Origin: Octopus sinensis
Taxonomy: Eukaryota
Assembly (NCBI RefSeq): GCF_006345805.1
Contig: NC_042999.1
Location: forward strand, 62,930,001-62,994,000
DNA: 64,000 nt
Direction: 5' to 3'
Shown: in pieces, positions 1-11,167 of the stretch
How the letters are laid out: each line of letters opens with the position of its first letter
Numbering within the stretch: position 1 is the first letter of the stretch
Notes under the pieces: generated by a model
What the model saw: the letters and a program-made list of their open reading frames with translations, nothing else
Databases searched by the model: none
What the model was told of the DNA's origin: nothing
Position numbers and translations under genes: made by a program

Positions 1-78
1 TTTGTTCAACCCAGAGCTATAGTAGAAGACACCTGCCCAAGTGAGTTAAAAGTAAAAAAAAAACAATATTGATCATAC

Positions 79-221
79 TTGCTATAAGAAGCACTGGAAA
101 TATTCGGGTCAGCTGCATCCATGTCCATACTTTGGTAAATACTGACTGTAGACTTCAATTTTGGTTTTTGTGTTTTATGAAGTGATGACAGCTGATTCAT
201 ACAAGTACTCAAGGCTTTCAC
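79..221 (-). CDS. VPS13D: VPS13D-like exon 22 VKALSTCMNQLSSLHKTQKPKLKSTVSIYQSMDMDAADPNISSASYS.. (gene continues beyond window)
   Basis: ttttag|GTG AAA GCC TTG matches ISALKNC. The donor AA|gtatga at 78 is the best candidate but cannot be phase-checked. Confidence 0.78.
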
Positions 222-486
222 CTAAAATGTATAAAATCATAGAGGAGTAAGAGAAAATAATAAAATAGAAACCACACTGACAAACGGATAGACAAGAAGA
301 TATATAAATAGACACTGATACTTGTACTGTTGCAAAAATGAGTTAACTTTAAAACAGAAAATATCAAGGCTCCTATCATCATTATCATCATCATTCAATG
401 TCTGTTTATTATGTTGACATGAGTTGAATGGTTTGACAATTTGTAGACCTGTATTAAGCCCTAATGTTAGCTTTGACATGGTTTCT

Positions 487-718
487 TATTTCTTTACTGC
501 CCCCAAGGGGCTACACACAGAGGGGACAAGCAAGAACAGACAAACAGATTAAGTCAATTATATCGACCCCAGTGCGTAACTGGTACTTATTTAATTGACT
601 CTGAAAGGATGAAAGGCAAAGTCAACCTCAGCGGAATTTGAACTCAGAACGTATAGTGGCAAACGAAATACCGCTAAGCATTTCGCCTGGCATGCTAACA
701 CTTCTGCCAGCTCACCAC
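487..718 (-). mobile_element. tRNA-derived SINE, family A
   Basis: tRNA-like head (A/B boxes, gagttcaaattcc), gcctttcatccttt core; 16-bp TSD ctttgacatggtttct at 471-486 and 719-734; nested in an older RTE-tail fragment. Confidence 0.85.
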
Positions 719-1272
719 CTTTGACATGGTTTCTATGGTTGGATGACCTTCTTGATGCCAACCATTTTACAGAAAATATTGGTTGCATTTTTTGTGCCAC
801 CAGCACTTGTGAGGTTGCCAAGATAAAGTACAAAATCTTGCTATAGAGGAGATACAATGCTGAGGTAAATTATAGAGAATACAGAGGAATTTTTCTTTTT
901 CTTTCCTTTTATAATAATTTCTACAGAATCACTTAAATGGGATGAATATAATTTGGGTAAGTCTTTTTGCAAATGGCAACCCTTTTCTATTGCTAATGCC
1001 TCAAAATAAAAGGGAACCAGGAGAATGAAAGAAATTGGCTATGCTTAGGATCATTAAAAAAATGGCTCTGTTTTACCAAATTCTGAACTCATGATTAATT
1101 TGTTCTGTAGCCCAGCTTCTTCGTAATCACAGACAAGAAAGTATCTATAACACAGTGCTAAAAAATATTGCAAAGGACATTGTTCAAAGAGCACCAATTT
1201 TTCAATTTTCTCCTTGAAGTAAATTTTTTTTTACTGACATGCATCAGCAAAATATATATGCATGTGCACACA

Positions 1273-1450
1273 CACACACACACACACACAATCATCATCA
1301 TCATCATTTAGCATCTGCTTTCCGTGCTGGCATGGGTCAGTAGGTTTGACTGGAGCTGGTAAGCTGGAGAGCTGCACCAGGTTCCAGTCTGATTTGGAAC
1401 GGTTTCTATGGCTGGATGACCTTCCTAATGCCAGCCACTCCAAGTGTGTA
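1273..1450 (-). mobile_element. Short RTE 3' UTR fragment
   Basis: (cat)n plus terminal core. Confidence 0.7.
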
Positions 1451-1716
1451 AATGTATATATATATATTCTTTTACTCTTATTTGTTCAGTCATTTGACTG
1501 CGCCCATGCTAGAACATCGCATTTAGTTGAAAAATCTGTCAAATGTGAACAATGTAAATAATGAAGCTTCTTTCAGCTTCCATCTACCAAATCCACTCAC
1601 AAGGTTTTGGTTGGCCTGAGGCTATAGTACAAGACACTTGCCCAAGGTGCCACGCAGTGGGACTGAACCCAGAACCATGTGGTTGGTAAGCAAGCTACTT
1701 ACCACATAGCCATGCC

Positions 1717-1796
<80 letters not shown>

Positions 1797-1870
1797 TTGT
1801 ATGGATATGGAGTTTGTTTGTTGCCTTAAATAACATTTGTCAATGAGGATAAGCCAGCATAAGTGTGTAC

Positions 1871-1961
1871 CTTTTTCTGGTCTGCATGGATGGTAAGTGA
1901 TGGTAAAGTTCCTGACAGCCTAACAGAGGGCCATTCTGGATCAGTGGTAAATATGACACGT
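1871..1961 (-). CDS. VPS13D: VPS13D-like exon 21 RVIFTTDPEWPSVRLSGTLPSLTIHADQKK
   Basis: atttcag|A..AAG|gtacac, 91 nt, phase 2-0; matches RLIYTSDPKYPGAVLSGNLPDLKIHINEDK. Confidence 0.93.
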
Positions 1962-3250
1962 CTGAAATATAAAGAAATATATTTATTGTACAAAGATAAT
2001 TTTATTTTAAAATATTATACATATATATATATTTTTTTTCTTTTATGATTTATGAGATGAGATATGAGAAAAAGAGATGAAGAAAGCTATAAAACTGAAA
2101 TTTGATCTGTGTCATCCCAAAAGTAAATGGACTTGAATGGTCATGCACACATGCATACACACAGATGTACCCTCTACACATGCAGTCCATTCACAAAGAC
2201 ACTAAGAGTAAAATAAATAAATAAATGTTTAACCACTCACATCTTTCACAGAATTCAAACTGTACACATACACCAACACACACATTATCTCATTTACAAA
2301 ATCTACATCCTGCCAAAGGTGTACATGTACACACACCAGCACACTCACACATACATTATCTTTCACTCTATCTTTTTCATGCATACACACACACAGACAT
2401 CCTCACTCATATCCTCATAAATAGAAATATAGAATCTGCAAACTAGGAAACAGACAGATCTGGAGCAGACTTGAAATAGAGCAGGCATGTCACTAATGAG
2501 GTTCTGATGAAAGAACTCTGATAAACCTAGGTGACTGATCAATTGGTTGACAATCAAACAATTGACTAGTTAACCAGTTAAATAGTCAACTAATTGACTA
2601 AATACAATTGCAGCATGGAAGATGTTTGTAAGCCATTCAAGAACACACAAAAACTGTTAGTTTCATTTCAACGTTTAGATTTTATTTTTGTCAAAATATT
2701 TTCGTCACTTTCAAACCATAACCTGTTCACTGACAAAACTTCGAGCTGCATCATGTTCTTGAATGGTTTACAAACATCTTTCATGCTGCAATTGTTTTTG
2801 TTTCAACATACAATCTCAGATCAAGTCACTTTCTATGCAAGTACATCTCTGTAATTGAGTAATAATGATAATAAAAGTGAAATAGAACCAGTACATGTAT
2901 TTATTATTCACATAATGACCCTCCCAAGATGCAACCAAATACACTTCATTTCTACTGAAATCACTTACTTTAGTTAAATATATTTTTATGAACTATTAAA
3001 ACATCTTTTATGGGCAATAAAAACAACAAAACTTTTAGAAATTTCTCATTATCTAATTTCTCTTTTGTGTTAATCACCACTAAAATTGGAAAACATTAGA
3101 AAAGCTGGATCTCAAGCAAAAATAAATTATTTGTGGTGATTGATTTTCAAATAAGAAATTACTCTTACCTCTATAAATATATCTTGTTTTTTTTTGTTTT
3201 TTTTATTAATTGCTTTATTTATTTATTCTTTTTTAAATCGAGAGGCTTAC

Positions 3251-3382
3251 CTTTCAAAAAGTACCTCAATGCTGAACTTGTCTAGCAAGTGGATACGGGT
3301 GTTACCTCGAGAATGGGCAGCTTTCCAGTTGTCATGAGTCTGGCCAACTAGCACTTGTAAATCTTCCAAAATTACCTGATAT
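3251..3382 (-). CDS. VPS13D: VPS13D-like exon 20 YQVILEDLQVLVGQTHDNWKAAHSRGNTRIHLLDKFSIEVLFE(R)
   Basis: catag|A..AG|gtaagc, 132 nt, phase 2-2; DLQ..VG...DNWK..H..KF....ER. Confidence 0.95.
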
Positions 3383-3603
3383 CTATGTATGAAGATATAC
3401 AACAGAAATAACACACACATTGAAAGAGGAATGTGGGGAATAAAATGATTTAATAAAAGTCTATCATGGCGTTTAAAGCAATCAAAATTAATACAACTGG
3501 GAATAAGTACGGGAAGAAGTGGACCAGAGTGTTTCAAGTGGGAGTGGGCTGCAGCTGTCAAGGCTGCTCTTCAGAATAGGGTTCATTGATATAAGAGAAA
3601 AAA

Positions 3604-4070
3604 AATAATAATAATAATGAAATTATTGTATACAGTGCTCAGGTGCCCCACAACTTGTCAAAAGTGCGTATAAAGTATATGCAGTAATGTACAAATGTCT
3701 GGAAAGCAAACAGTGTATGAGTCAGATACATGCTTGCGTGTGTATGGAGGAGAGAAAATCAGGTGGAGTGTTGGTGAATCTCAGGAAGCATGGAAGTTTT
3801 GAAGGATGCAGTGCTCCGACAACTAACAACTGATGCCACCAGTTTGTTCCATGCTTCAGCAACTCTTAGTGTGAAAAAATGTTTCAGAAAGACATGGTAG
3901 CTGTGCTGTTTTCTGACTTTGTAAACATGTCCACGGGTGTTAGACAGGTGGAGTTTGAAAAGGTGCTCAGAGTTATTGTTTCTAAGATGGTTAATAATTT
4001 TATGGGTGTCTGCCAAGTCAGCTGCCAGACATCGGAGTTATAAAGAAAGATTATAAGACAACACTGGTAT
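3604..4070 (-). mobile_element. CR1/L2-type LINE 3' fragment
   Basis: Peptide NTRGHVYKV..HFFTLRVAEAWNKL; (tta)n tail; second copy at 45252-45600. Confidence 0.8.
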
Positions 4071-4578
4071 GAAGATTTTTCAGTAATAAAACTACATTAT
4101 AGCTTGGTACCAAGTCAGCTCGGAATAAGCAAAACTATGATCAAAAATGATCCAGCTGCAATTATTCTATGTTGTGTCTTTCTTTGAATTTGCTTTTATT
4201 AATATGTTACATTTCTGGCAATAGCATTTGTTAAGTTCCTTTATTTTTAAAGAGAATGTTTGCTTTTGGATTATATTTGATAGAGGTACAGTCATTAAAG
4301 AGAGTTACAAGGAAAAAAATGTGTGGTCAATTGCAGAACATTTCAAGCAATATTACTATGAAATGAGGTGGAGAGCTGGAAGAATCATTAGCATGCTGGA
4401 GAAAATGCTTAGAGGCATTTCATCTGTCTTTACATGCTGAGTTCAAATTCTGTCACGGTCGACTTTGCCCTTCATCTTTTGGGGTCAATAAAATAAGTAG
4501 CAGTTGAGAACTGGGGATTCATGTAATTGACATATCTCTTCTCCTGAAATTGCTGACCTTTGTCAAAATTTGAAATTA

Positions 4579-5273
4579 ATCATCATCATCATCGTTTAAC
4601 GTCTGCTTTCCATGCTAGCATGGGTTGGACAATGTGACTGAGGACTGGCAAACCAGATGGCTGCACCAGGCTCCAATCTGATCTAGCAGAGTTTCTACAG
4701 CTGGATGCCCTTCCTAACGCCAACCACTCAGAGTGTAGTGGGTACTTTTATGTACCACCGGCATGAGGGCCAGTCAGGCGGTACTGGCAATGGCCACGCT
4801 CAAATGGTGTTTTTTACGTGCCACCTGCACAGGAACCAATCCAGTGGCACTGGCAACGACCTCGCTCTAATGTTTTTGCACATGCCAGTAAGGTGACGCT
4901 GGTAACGATCACACTTGAATGGTGCTTTTTATGTGCCACTAGCATGGAAGCCAGTCAGCTGCTCTGGCAACGATCATGCTTGGATGGTGCTCTTAGCGCT
5001 CCACTAGCACAGATGCCAGTCAAGCACTGCTGTCATTGAATTTGATTTCGATTTCACTTGCCTCAACAGGTCTTCACAAGCAGAGTTGAGTGTCCAATGA
5101 AGGAAAGGTATGCATAAGTGGGCTGATTACACCCCTGGCATAGGCCACGGGTTATGGTCTCACTTGGCTTGCCAGGTCTTCTCACACACAGCATATTTCC
5201 AAAGGTCTCGGTCACTAGTCATTGCCTCAGTGAGGCCTAATGTTTGAAGGTCATGCTTCACCACCTCATCCCA
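4579..5273 (-). mobile_element. RTE LINE 3' fragment (ORF end WDEVVKHDLQTLGLTEAM.. plus 3' UTR and (GAT)n tail)
   Basis: Homologous to 22430-22540 and 23640-23815; (cat)n on plus strand. Confidence 0.85.
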
Positions 5274-5373
5274 ATATTACTTTGAAATAGTTTTTGCTCA
5301 TAACAATGAGAAAAGCTTTGCAAGCCACTCTAAGTATGTGAAATGTTGAAGTATTGAGATTGTTGTGACCTAC

Positions 5374-5506
5374 CTTTCATAGAAACTCTCATTCATACTT
5401 TCAGCAGTTGGCTGTGGTAGTTGCTGTGGCTGTGGGCTAAAACTAACGACTTCTTCGCTCAACTCAAGCTCATTGGGAGGAGACTGTGATGGAGTTAAGA
5501 ATTCCT
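5374..5506 (-). CDS. VPS13D: VPS13D-like exon 19 (E)EFLTPSQSPPNELELSEEVVSFSPQPQQLPQPTAESMNESFYE(R)
   Basis: tttatcag|AG..AG|gtaggt, 133 nt, phase 1-2; acidic-TP..PP and terminal YER as in VPS13D. Confidence 0.88.
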
Positions 5507-5667
5507 CTGATAAAAGGGAAAAACAAAGACTAACATTAAGAGCAAAGGAAATTTAATGTTATCGGGAACAAAACTTGTTCATAACAGAGTTTGCAAATAA
5601 TCTACAAATAATTACACATTTTTTCTCTCAGTAGAAATAAAAAATAGTTTTTAATATGAATACATAC

Positions 5668-5842
5668 CATCTTGATCTTCAAACTGGGGACTTTTCTCTG
5701 CTAAGCTACCAGTTGTAGCATTCTGAAAACTGAGATAACCCAAGTCAAAAACCACTAAGGTTGTATTCTGATCAAAGAATGATTCAGGAACAATAATTTT
5801 AGGAGCTGCTATATCCAGTTTTATTTCAATCCGATTTTGTTG
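5668..5842 (-). CDS. VPS13D: VPS13D-like exon 18 QQNRIEIKLDIAAPKIIVPESFFDQNTTLVVFDLGYLSFQNATTGSLAEKSPQFEDQD
   Basis: cattgcag|CAA..G|gtatgt, 175 nt, phase 0-1; VPS13 repeat hallmark LDI.AP.IIVP...LV..DLG. Confidence 0.95.
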
Positions 5843-6145
5843 CTGCAATGAGGAAAATAATAGACCAAATGGATATAAATGAAGAAAAGTTAAAATTTTA
5901 ACAATGATGAAACAAACTTAATATCACTAAAAACCTATAAAACATCAACTAATGACATCATCATACACATCCATCCACTTGGCATCAGAAGCAAGTACTG
6001 ACCCTTACAGGCTTCTCCCTTGAATCTTCAGAGCCATTTACATATTTCATGATACATGCCTCTCTTACACATGTTCTCATGCAAACACAACACACAATAG
6101 AAAGAGAAGTTCACTGATTAAAAAAAAAAATATGGTTTTACATAC

Positions 6146-6240
6146 AGGTACTTTCTTTCCTTGCAGAAGCTCCCGCCATCTGTTTTGCAATTCAGTTTTT
6201 GTATGGAATTTTAGATTTTGGTATCGTTTATATGCAGCAT
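6146..6240 (-). CDS. VPS13D: VPS13D-like exon 17 (D)AAYKRYQNLKFHTKTELQNRWRELLQGKKVP
   Basis: tttttag|AT..CCT|gtatgt, 95 nt, phase 1-0; AA..Y..LK..TK.E motif. A weaker in-frame donor lies 6 nt upstream (exon end 6152). Confidence 0.88.
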
Positions 6241-6548
6241 CTAAAAATAAAAAATAAAAATCTTATTCATTGATCAAATCATTTGAAATTACTCAAAATA
6301 TAAAATCACTACTGTCAAAGTTGGTGAGGAGACAATTGTATTTTTACATTAGCTTTATGGTTTATTCAGAAAAGAAGGTCCAGCATCCTTGATATTTTTG
6401 CAAGGCCTTCAATACTGGTGAAAGGGGAGGAAGACACCACAACTCATGCACTGCTGTGGCAGGTAGCAGCATATCAAAATATTGAATCAAATTCACACTG
6501 AAGACTTGATCCAAATACTTAAAATGGCATGTACTACATTAAAGGTAT

Positions 6549-6855
6549 TGTTTTGTTTGATCCTTCTCGAGTCATGCCTGGCTCATAAGGGCTAGTTTCC
6601 CCGGTTTCCTTGGCGTATAGGTTCCCCACCTGGACGGAATGCCAGTCAGTCGCAGGTGAGCCGCAAGATACAGGAAGAAAGAGTGAGAGAAAGTTGTGGC
6701 GAAAGAGTCAGCAGAAGTTCACCATTACCTTCTGCTGGAGCTGCATAGAGCTTAGGTGTTTTGCTTGTAAACACACATGACCCAGTCTGAGATTCGAACC
6801 CGTGATACCTTGACTGCGAGTCAGCTGCTCTAACCACTAAGCCAAGTGCCTCCAC
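6549..6855 (-). mobile_element. tRNA-derived SINE (distinct family)
   Basis: Head gtggaggcacttggcttagtggttagagcagctgactcgcagtc..gggttcgaatc; 13-bp TSD acattaaaggtat at 6536-6548 and 6856-6868. Confidence 0.85.
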
Positions 6856-6915
6856 ACATTAAAGGTATAAGTATTTTTAGTGGGCAATAGTCTGGGGGAT
6901 TTTACAAAAGCCTAC

Positions 6916-7040
6916 CTGTAAGGGTTTGGCCCATATCTTGATAATTATGAGCTGATGAAGATACAGTAAAGAAATCTTTCAGTTCTTTTACTGTATAAGG
7001 GTTACAGACAATGGCTATTGATTTGGTTTTCACATAGATT
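6916..7040 (-). CDS. VPS13D: VPS13D-like exon 16 IYVKTKSIAIVCNPYTVKELKDFFTVSSSAHNYQDMGQTLT
   Basis: cttccag|A..G|gtaggc, 125 nt, phase 2-1; I.YNP....DFF-type motif. Confidence 0.9.
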
Positions 7041-7341
7041 CTGGAAGCAGAAAAAGAAAAACATTCAAGAAGAGATCAACAATCTTCACAATAACATTAT
7101 TATATTTACTTCATTTTTTTTTTTAGTAAAACAAGTTAATTTGCAAACGATTAGTCAACACTTTATATTAATGTAAATGTTAATATTAAAAATGTGTCAG
7201 CTATAAAAGATGAAGTTAATAAGTCTGAACAATTAGAATTTCATTAACAATAACTCATCTCAGACATTTACTTATCTCGACCTTTTGATACCAACTGCCT
7301 GAAATTGCCTTTAGTTCTACGATATTAACTTCCTGTTTTAA

Positions 7342-7561
7342 CCTTTTAGTATTTATATTATTCTATCAAATGCAATGCATATTTATTCTGATTGTTTTGA
7401 CTTAATCATGCATTATCTTGTAGCTAAGTGACTTCCATGATGTGATAGCTTATTTTTAGAATGGCATTGTAGGATAGGTTTGAGAGGCCAGATCTGGCCA
7501 GCTTTAACATAAAGCAGGTCAAATATTTTGACTGGGTATGGCCACTTTGAATGCTAAAGGG
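7342..7561. mobile_element. piggyBac-type MITE (TTAA|CCTTTTAG...CTAAAGGG|TCAA)
   Basis: Imperfect TIRs with TTAA-like flanks; a related copy at 42630-43466 hosts the inverted SINE pair. Confidence 0.6.
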
Positions 7562-7643
7562 TCAAAGTTAACCAACTTAAAACGTTCCATCAAAATTTCT
7601 TGTTAATTTATGCCCCAAGCACCAGCTTAATAATGACGAAGTT

Positions 7644-7870
7644 CATTATTTACATAGGATGGATATGTGTCCTCATCTTGTTTGTTATTACCCAGCAAAA
7701 AATACCTTAAGAATAAGAACCCAAGGTTCAGTTCAAAATTCCACCAGGACACCTGATGAAGGCTGGAGAGTAAATCAACCAAAACGTTGTGGTAACAACA
7801 AGCAAGATGAGGACACATACCCATCCAATGTAAATAATGTACAGAATTCCTCATCTCCAAAATACAGAAC
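7644..7870 (+). mobile_element. Penelope-like short insertion with inverted 5' piece and decayed hammerhead
   Basis: 7644-7692 is an imperfect reverse complement of 7791-7839. TSD aatgac(g/a)aagtt at 7632-7643 and 7871-7882. Motif cac-CTGATGA-a-GGCTG..CAaCC-aAAA-CGTT-gtg at 7750-7791. Confidence 0.7.
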
Positions 7871-7986
7871 AATGACAAAGTTATTTTACTAAATTCTTCA
7901 TTATTGAAACAAAGGCAGTATATTTAATAAAAAAAAACATGAAAATAAAAGGGTTAGCTTTACATTGTTTCTCTGCAGAAAATATT

Positions 7987-8201
7987 TATTTCTTTATTGC
8001 CCACAGGGGGCTAAACATAGAGGGGACAAACAAGGACAGACAAAGGGGTTAAGTCAATTACATTGACCCCAGTGCATAACTGGTACTTTATCGACCCCGA
8101 AAGGATGAAAGGCAAAGTCAACCTCGGCGGAATTTGAACTCAGAACGTAACGGCAGACGAAATACTGCTAAGCATTTCGTCCAGCGCGCTAACGTTTCTG
8201 C
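7987..8201 (-). mobile_element. tRNA-derived SINE, family A
   Basis: 16-bp TSD ctctgcagaaaatatt at 7971-7986 and 8202-8217. Confidence 0.85.
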
Positions 8202-8994
8202 CTCTGCAGAAAATATTCTAATATTTTTACAGTAAGGATTGGAGTGCCTCTAACTGAGTTGATAGAGTAACCAACTCAAAGGTTGATAGCTTATATTCTG
8301 TTTCTGTCACTATACTGTTAGTCCAAGTTAGAGACCAAGCTGCAAACCGGCACCATAGAGTAGTAACATTACACTGATAGGAACATCAGTAGCATGATGG
8401 TGGTAGTTACTGCTGGTTAGACCCAGTTCAGCACTGATCAAGCAAATCTATGAGCAAAGGCATTCTATCTGACTATCTTGTTTGTTTGTTTTTTTTTAGA
8501 GAAGTCTTAATATCACTAAAAAAACACAAATACTGGTGTTGTTCATCTCCAGGTACACCATGAATAAATAGACCTATGATCAAATGTGTTTTAGCCAAGA
8601 AAGATTTGTACCAGGAACTTCAATGTCCGCTGTGTCCTTTTCCTTTTTTTATTAAGATGGTAGGATGTGATTTTATAGAGATTAGGTTAACATTTCCAGC
8701 AGGTTGAGCAACTGTATACATTATACAACCTCACTCAAATATGTATTGTAAAATTGGCAGATATTTTATTAACTTTATTATTTTATGAACTGAGTTCAAC
8801 TTTACTTGTAAATGCAACCATAAGATAAACTAGAAACAAGTTGTCACATTCAGAAGTGAGGGATAATAGGGTTGATTACCCATTGATCATAAATACTCTA
8901 CAAATATATTTAACCAATCATTTGATTACATAGATATTAATTAAAAGAAATACCATAGGCACAAAAGAAGAAACACAGCATGTAATCCACCCAC

Positions 8995-9155
8995 CTGTAT
9001 TTTTTATTGCTGTTTGACTCTGATTTCTCAAAAGTCACTTCAAATATTTTCTCACAAGGATCAACGCCTGATTCAGGCACTGGTACTTCTTGGATTGTTG
9101 TAGTTTTGGCAAGGGGTTTACCAAAACGCATTCTACGGAATGTGTATGAAATTTC
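8995..9155 (-). CDS. VPS13D: VPS13D-like exon 15 EISYTFRRMRFGKPLAKTTTIQEVPVPESGVDPCEKIFEVTFEKSESNSNKKY(R)
   Basis: atttcag|GAA..AG|gtgggt, 161 nt, phase 0-2; FE..(F/Y)E motif. Confidence 0.87.
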
Positions 9156-9958
9156 CTGAAATGAAATTCAAAATCAAATATGTAAAACCCTCAGTCATTT
9201 TGTTCATGCTTATCAGCATACTTTAATCATTATCATCATTTAACATCTGCTTGGCATGGATTGAATGGTTTAAGGAGCTAACAAGCCAGAGAGCTACCAC
9301 GGGCTCCAATTGTCTGTTTTGGCATGGCATCTACGGCTGGATGCCCTTCCTAACACCAACCACTTTCCAGCATGTTCTGGGTGTTTTTATGTGGCACCAG
9401 CACAGATGCTTTTTACATGGCACCAGCATATTTCAACTGGATAATTTGTCAAAAGGCCTATGGCTCATATCATTACCAGCACTACAGTATGTTCATTAAT
9501 GGGTGAAGGTAAGGTTGAATAGTTAAGAAAACTTTTTCAGCTTTATTAATCAAAGTTATCTGTTAAAAATTACCAAAACCATGAAGAATTCAAGAGGAAC
9601 AGCACTTGGATCCAATTTGATGATATTCAATGGAAAAATAAATTAAACCTCTCTTTTGATACGATACCAGTCTACCGCTGATGACATTCCTAGTAAATTT
9701 AGTACTGATTATGTGAGTAATCTAAAGTACATAAAATTAATAGTATTGTCTGAATACACAAAAGCCTGCTGTGGATTTGGGCTCAAAAACTTATGAGCTG
9801 TTTGGTCATTTCTACAAATTATTAGTATTACAATATAAAAATTACATTATTATTTTAAACATGTAAAGCAAACACAACAATTCATATGAGTACAGTGAAT
9901 AACTATTGGAGTAAAATATTTAATAGAGACACGTTTAACTAAGTAGTCAAGACTTTAC

Positions 9959-10131
9959 CTTTGGATTTGGAACAATAAGACTTGGGAAACAAGATTCTTT
10001 AATAAGTCTGTCTTGTAGCTCAAAAATTCCTAAGCTTAGGCAAAATTTGTAAGCACCAACTTGAGGCCGCGCTTCAACATTAATGTTGATATCATTGCAC
10101 TCTGCAACAAGCATCTCCCGAATAGTGCTGT
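9959..10131 (-). CDS. VPS13D: VPS13D-like exon 14 (D)STIREMLVAECNDININVEARPQVGAYKFCLSLGIFELQDRLIKESCFPSLIVPNPK
   Basis: gttacag|AC..AAG|gtaaag, 173 nt, phase 1-0; LG...L.D.....FP.L..PNP. Confidence 0.92.
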
Positions 10132-10258
10132 CTGTAACAAAGAAGTATGACAATAATAAGAAAATGTACACACACACACAGTCTACTTTGTTAGTAAAAG
10201 TTTTAACTGAATCAATCTAAATGCCAGAACAAAAGTAATTTTTCTATCAAAAACAAAC

Positions 10259-10390
10259 CTTTTTCTGTACTTGTGAGCAGCTTCATTGACCCTTTCTTTA
10301 AGCAAAAGTTTAATGTAGCAAACACTTTGTCTCGTTTGTAAAATGTATCACTGTCCATAGATTTGTTCACAATGTCCATCAATTCTCGCT
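10259..10390 (-). CDS. VPS13D: VPS13D-like exon 13 (E)RELMDIVNKSMDSDTFYKRDKVFATLNFCLKKGSMKLLTSTEK
   Basis: ccacag|AG..G|gtttgt, 132 nt, phase 1-1; T(F/Y).KRD.VFA.LN motif. Confidence 0.92.
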
Positions 10391-10724
10391 CTGTGGAGAT
10401 AAAATATATTTGGGATATAGAGTTATGATTGACACCTATAATACAGTTGATATTAACACAATCATCATCTAACATCCATGCTTGCAGACAGAACATGTTA
10501 AAGCAGATATTTCTATGGTTAGATGCCCTTCCTGTCACCAACCATAGCCTGATTCCAAACAAGGTAATAGTTCCCATGACCAGACATATTTTCAAAGAAG
10601 ACTGGACATGAACAGCATCGCTTGTATGATGATGAAGATGCCTGTTTACAACCATCATGATGTCAAGACAAGGGTACACATAAACAACACACGTATGCAC
10701 ACACACACACACATACATATATAT

Positions 10725-11078
10725 TAACTTCTGAACTCTCTCACTTTACGAGAGTTTTTAGTTCGAATCGCACGGGTCTCGAGATGGGCTGGAGATTTTC
10801 TATTTTGGATATATTTGGGGTACTTAGTTGTGCTCATGACTTAGTGTTCGCTTTTTCCGTGGGTATAAGTAAGTATTTCACTTATTTGCCACATTTATCA
10901 CTGATGAAGGGAAGGTTCTTATGAACTCACTCTGAAATCAGGTCCGATATGGTAATAATGGGATTTTTTAAAAATTTCTATCGGCTTTCTTCAAGACGTG
11001 TGCTTGTAGTGATAAATTACATGGTTATTGACGTTGTGTCTGCTTTCGGCAATAGAAATTTTTTCTTTTGCCCTAAAT
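10725..11078 (+). mobile_element. Unclassified insertion in TA/CA microsatellite with decayed hammerhead motif (10896-10949)
   Basis: TATCa-CTGATGA-long stem II (agggaaggttc ttat gaactcactct)-GAAA-tcagG-TC-cGATA; element bounded by microsatellite on both sides; ends approximate. Confidence 0.5.

Positions 11079-11167
<89 letters not shown>

Noticed and set aside
6780-6855. tRNA-like sequence; also heads at about 40901, 43075-43150 and 62130
   Set aside because: No complete cloverleaf or acceptor stem; each continues into a SINE body, several with TSDs.
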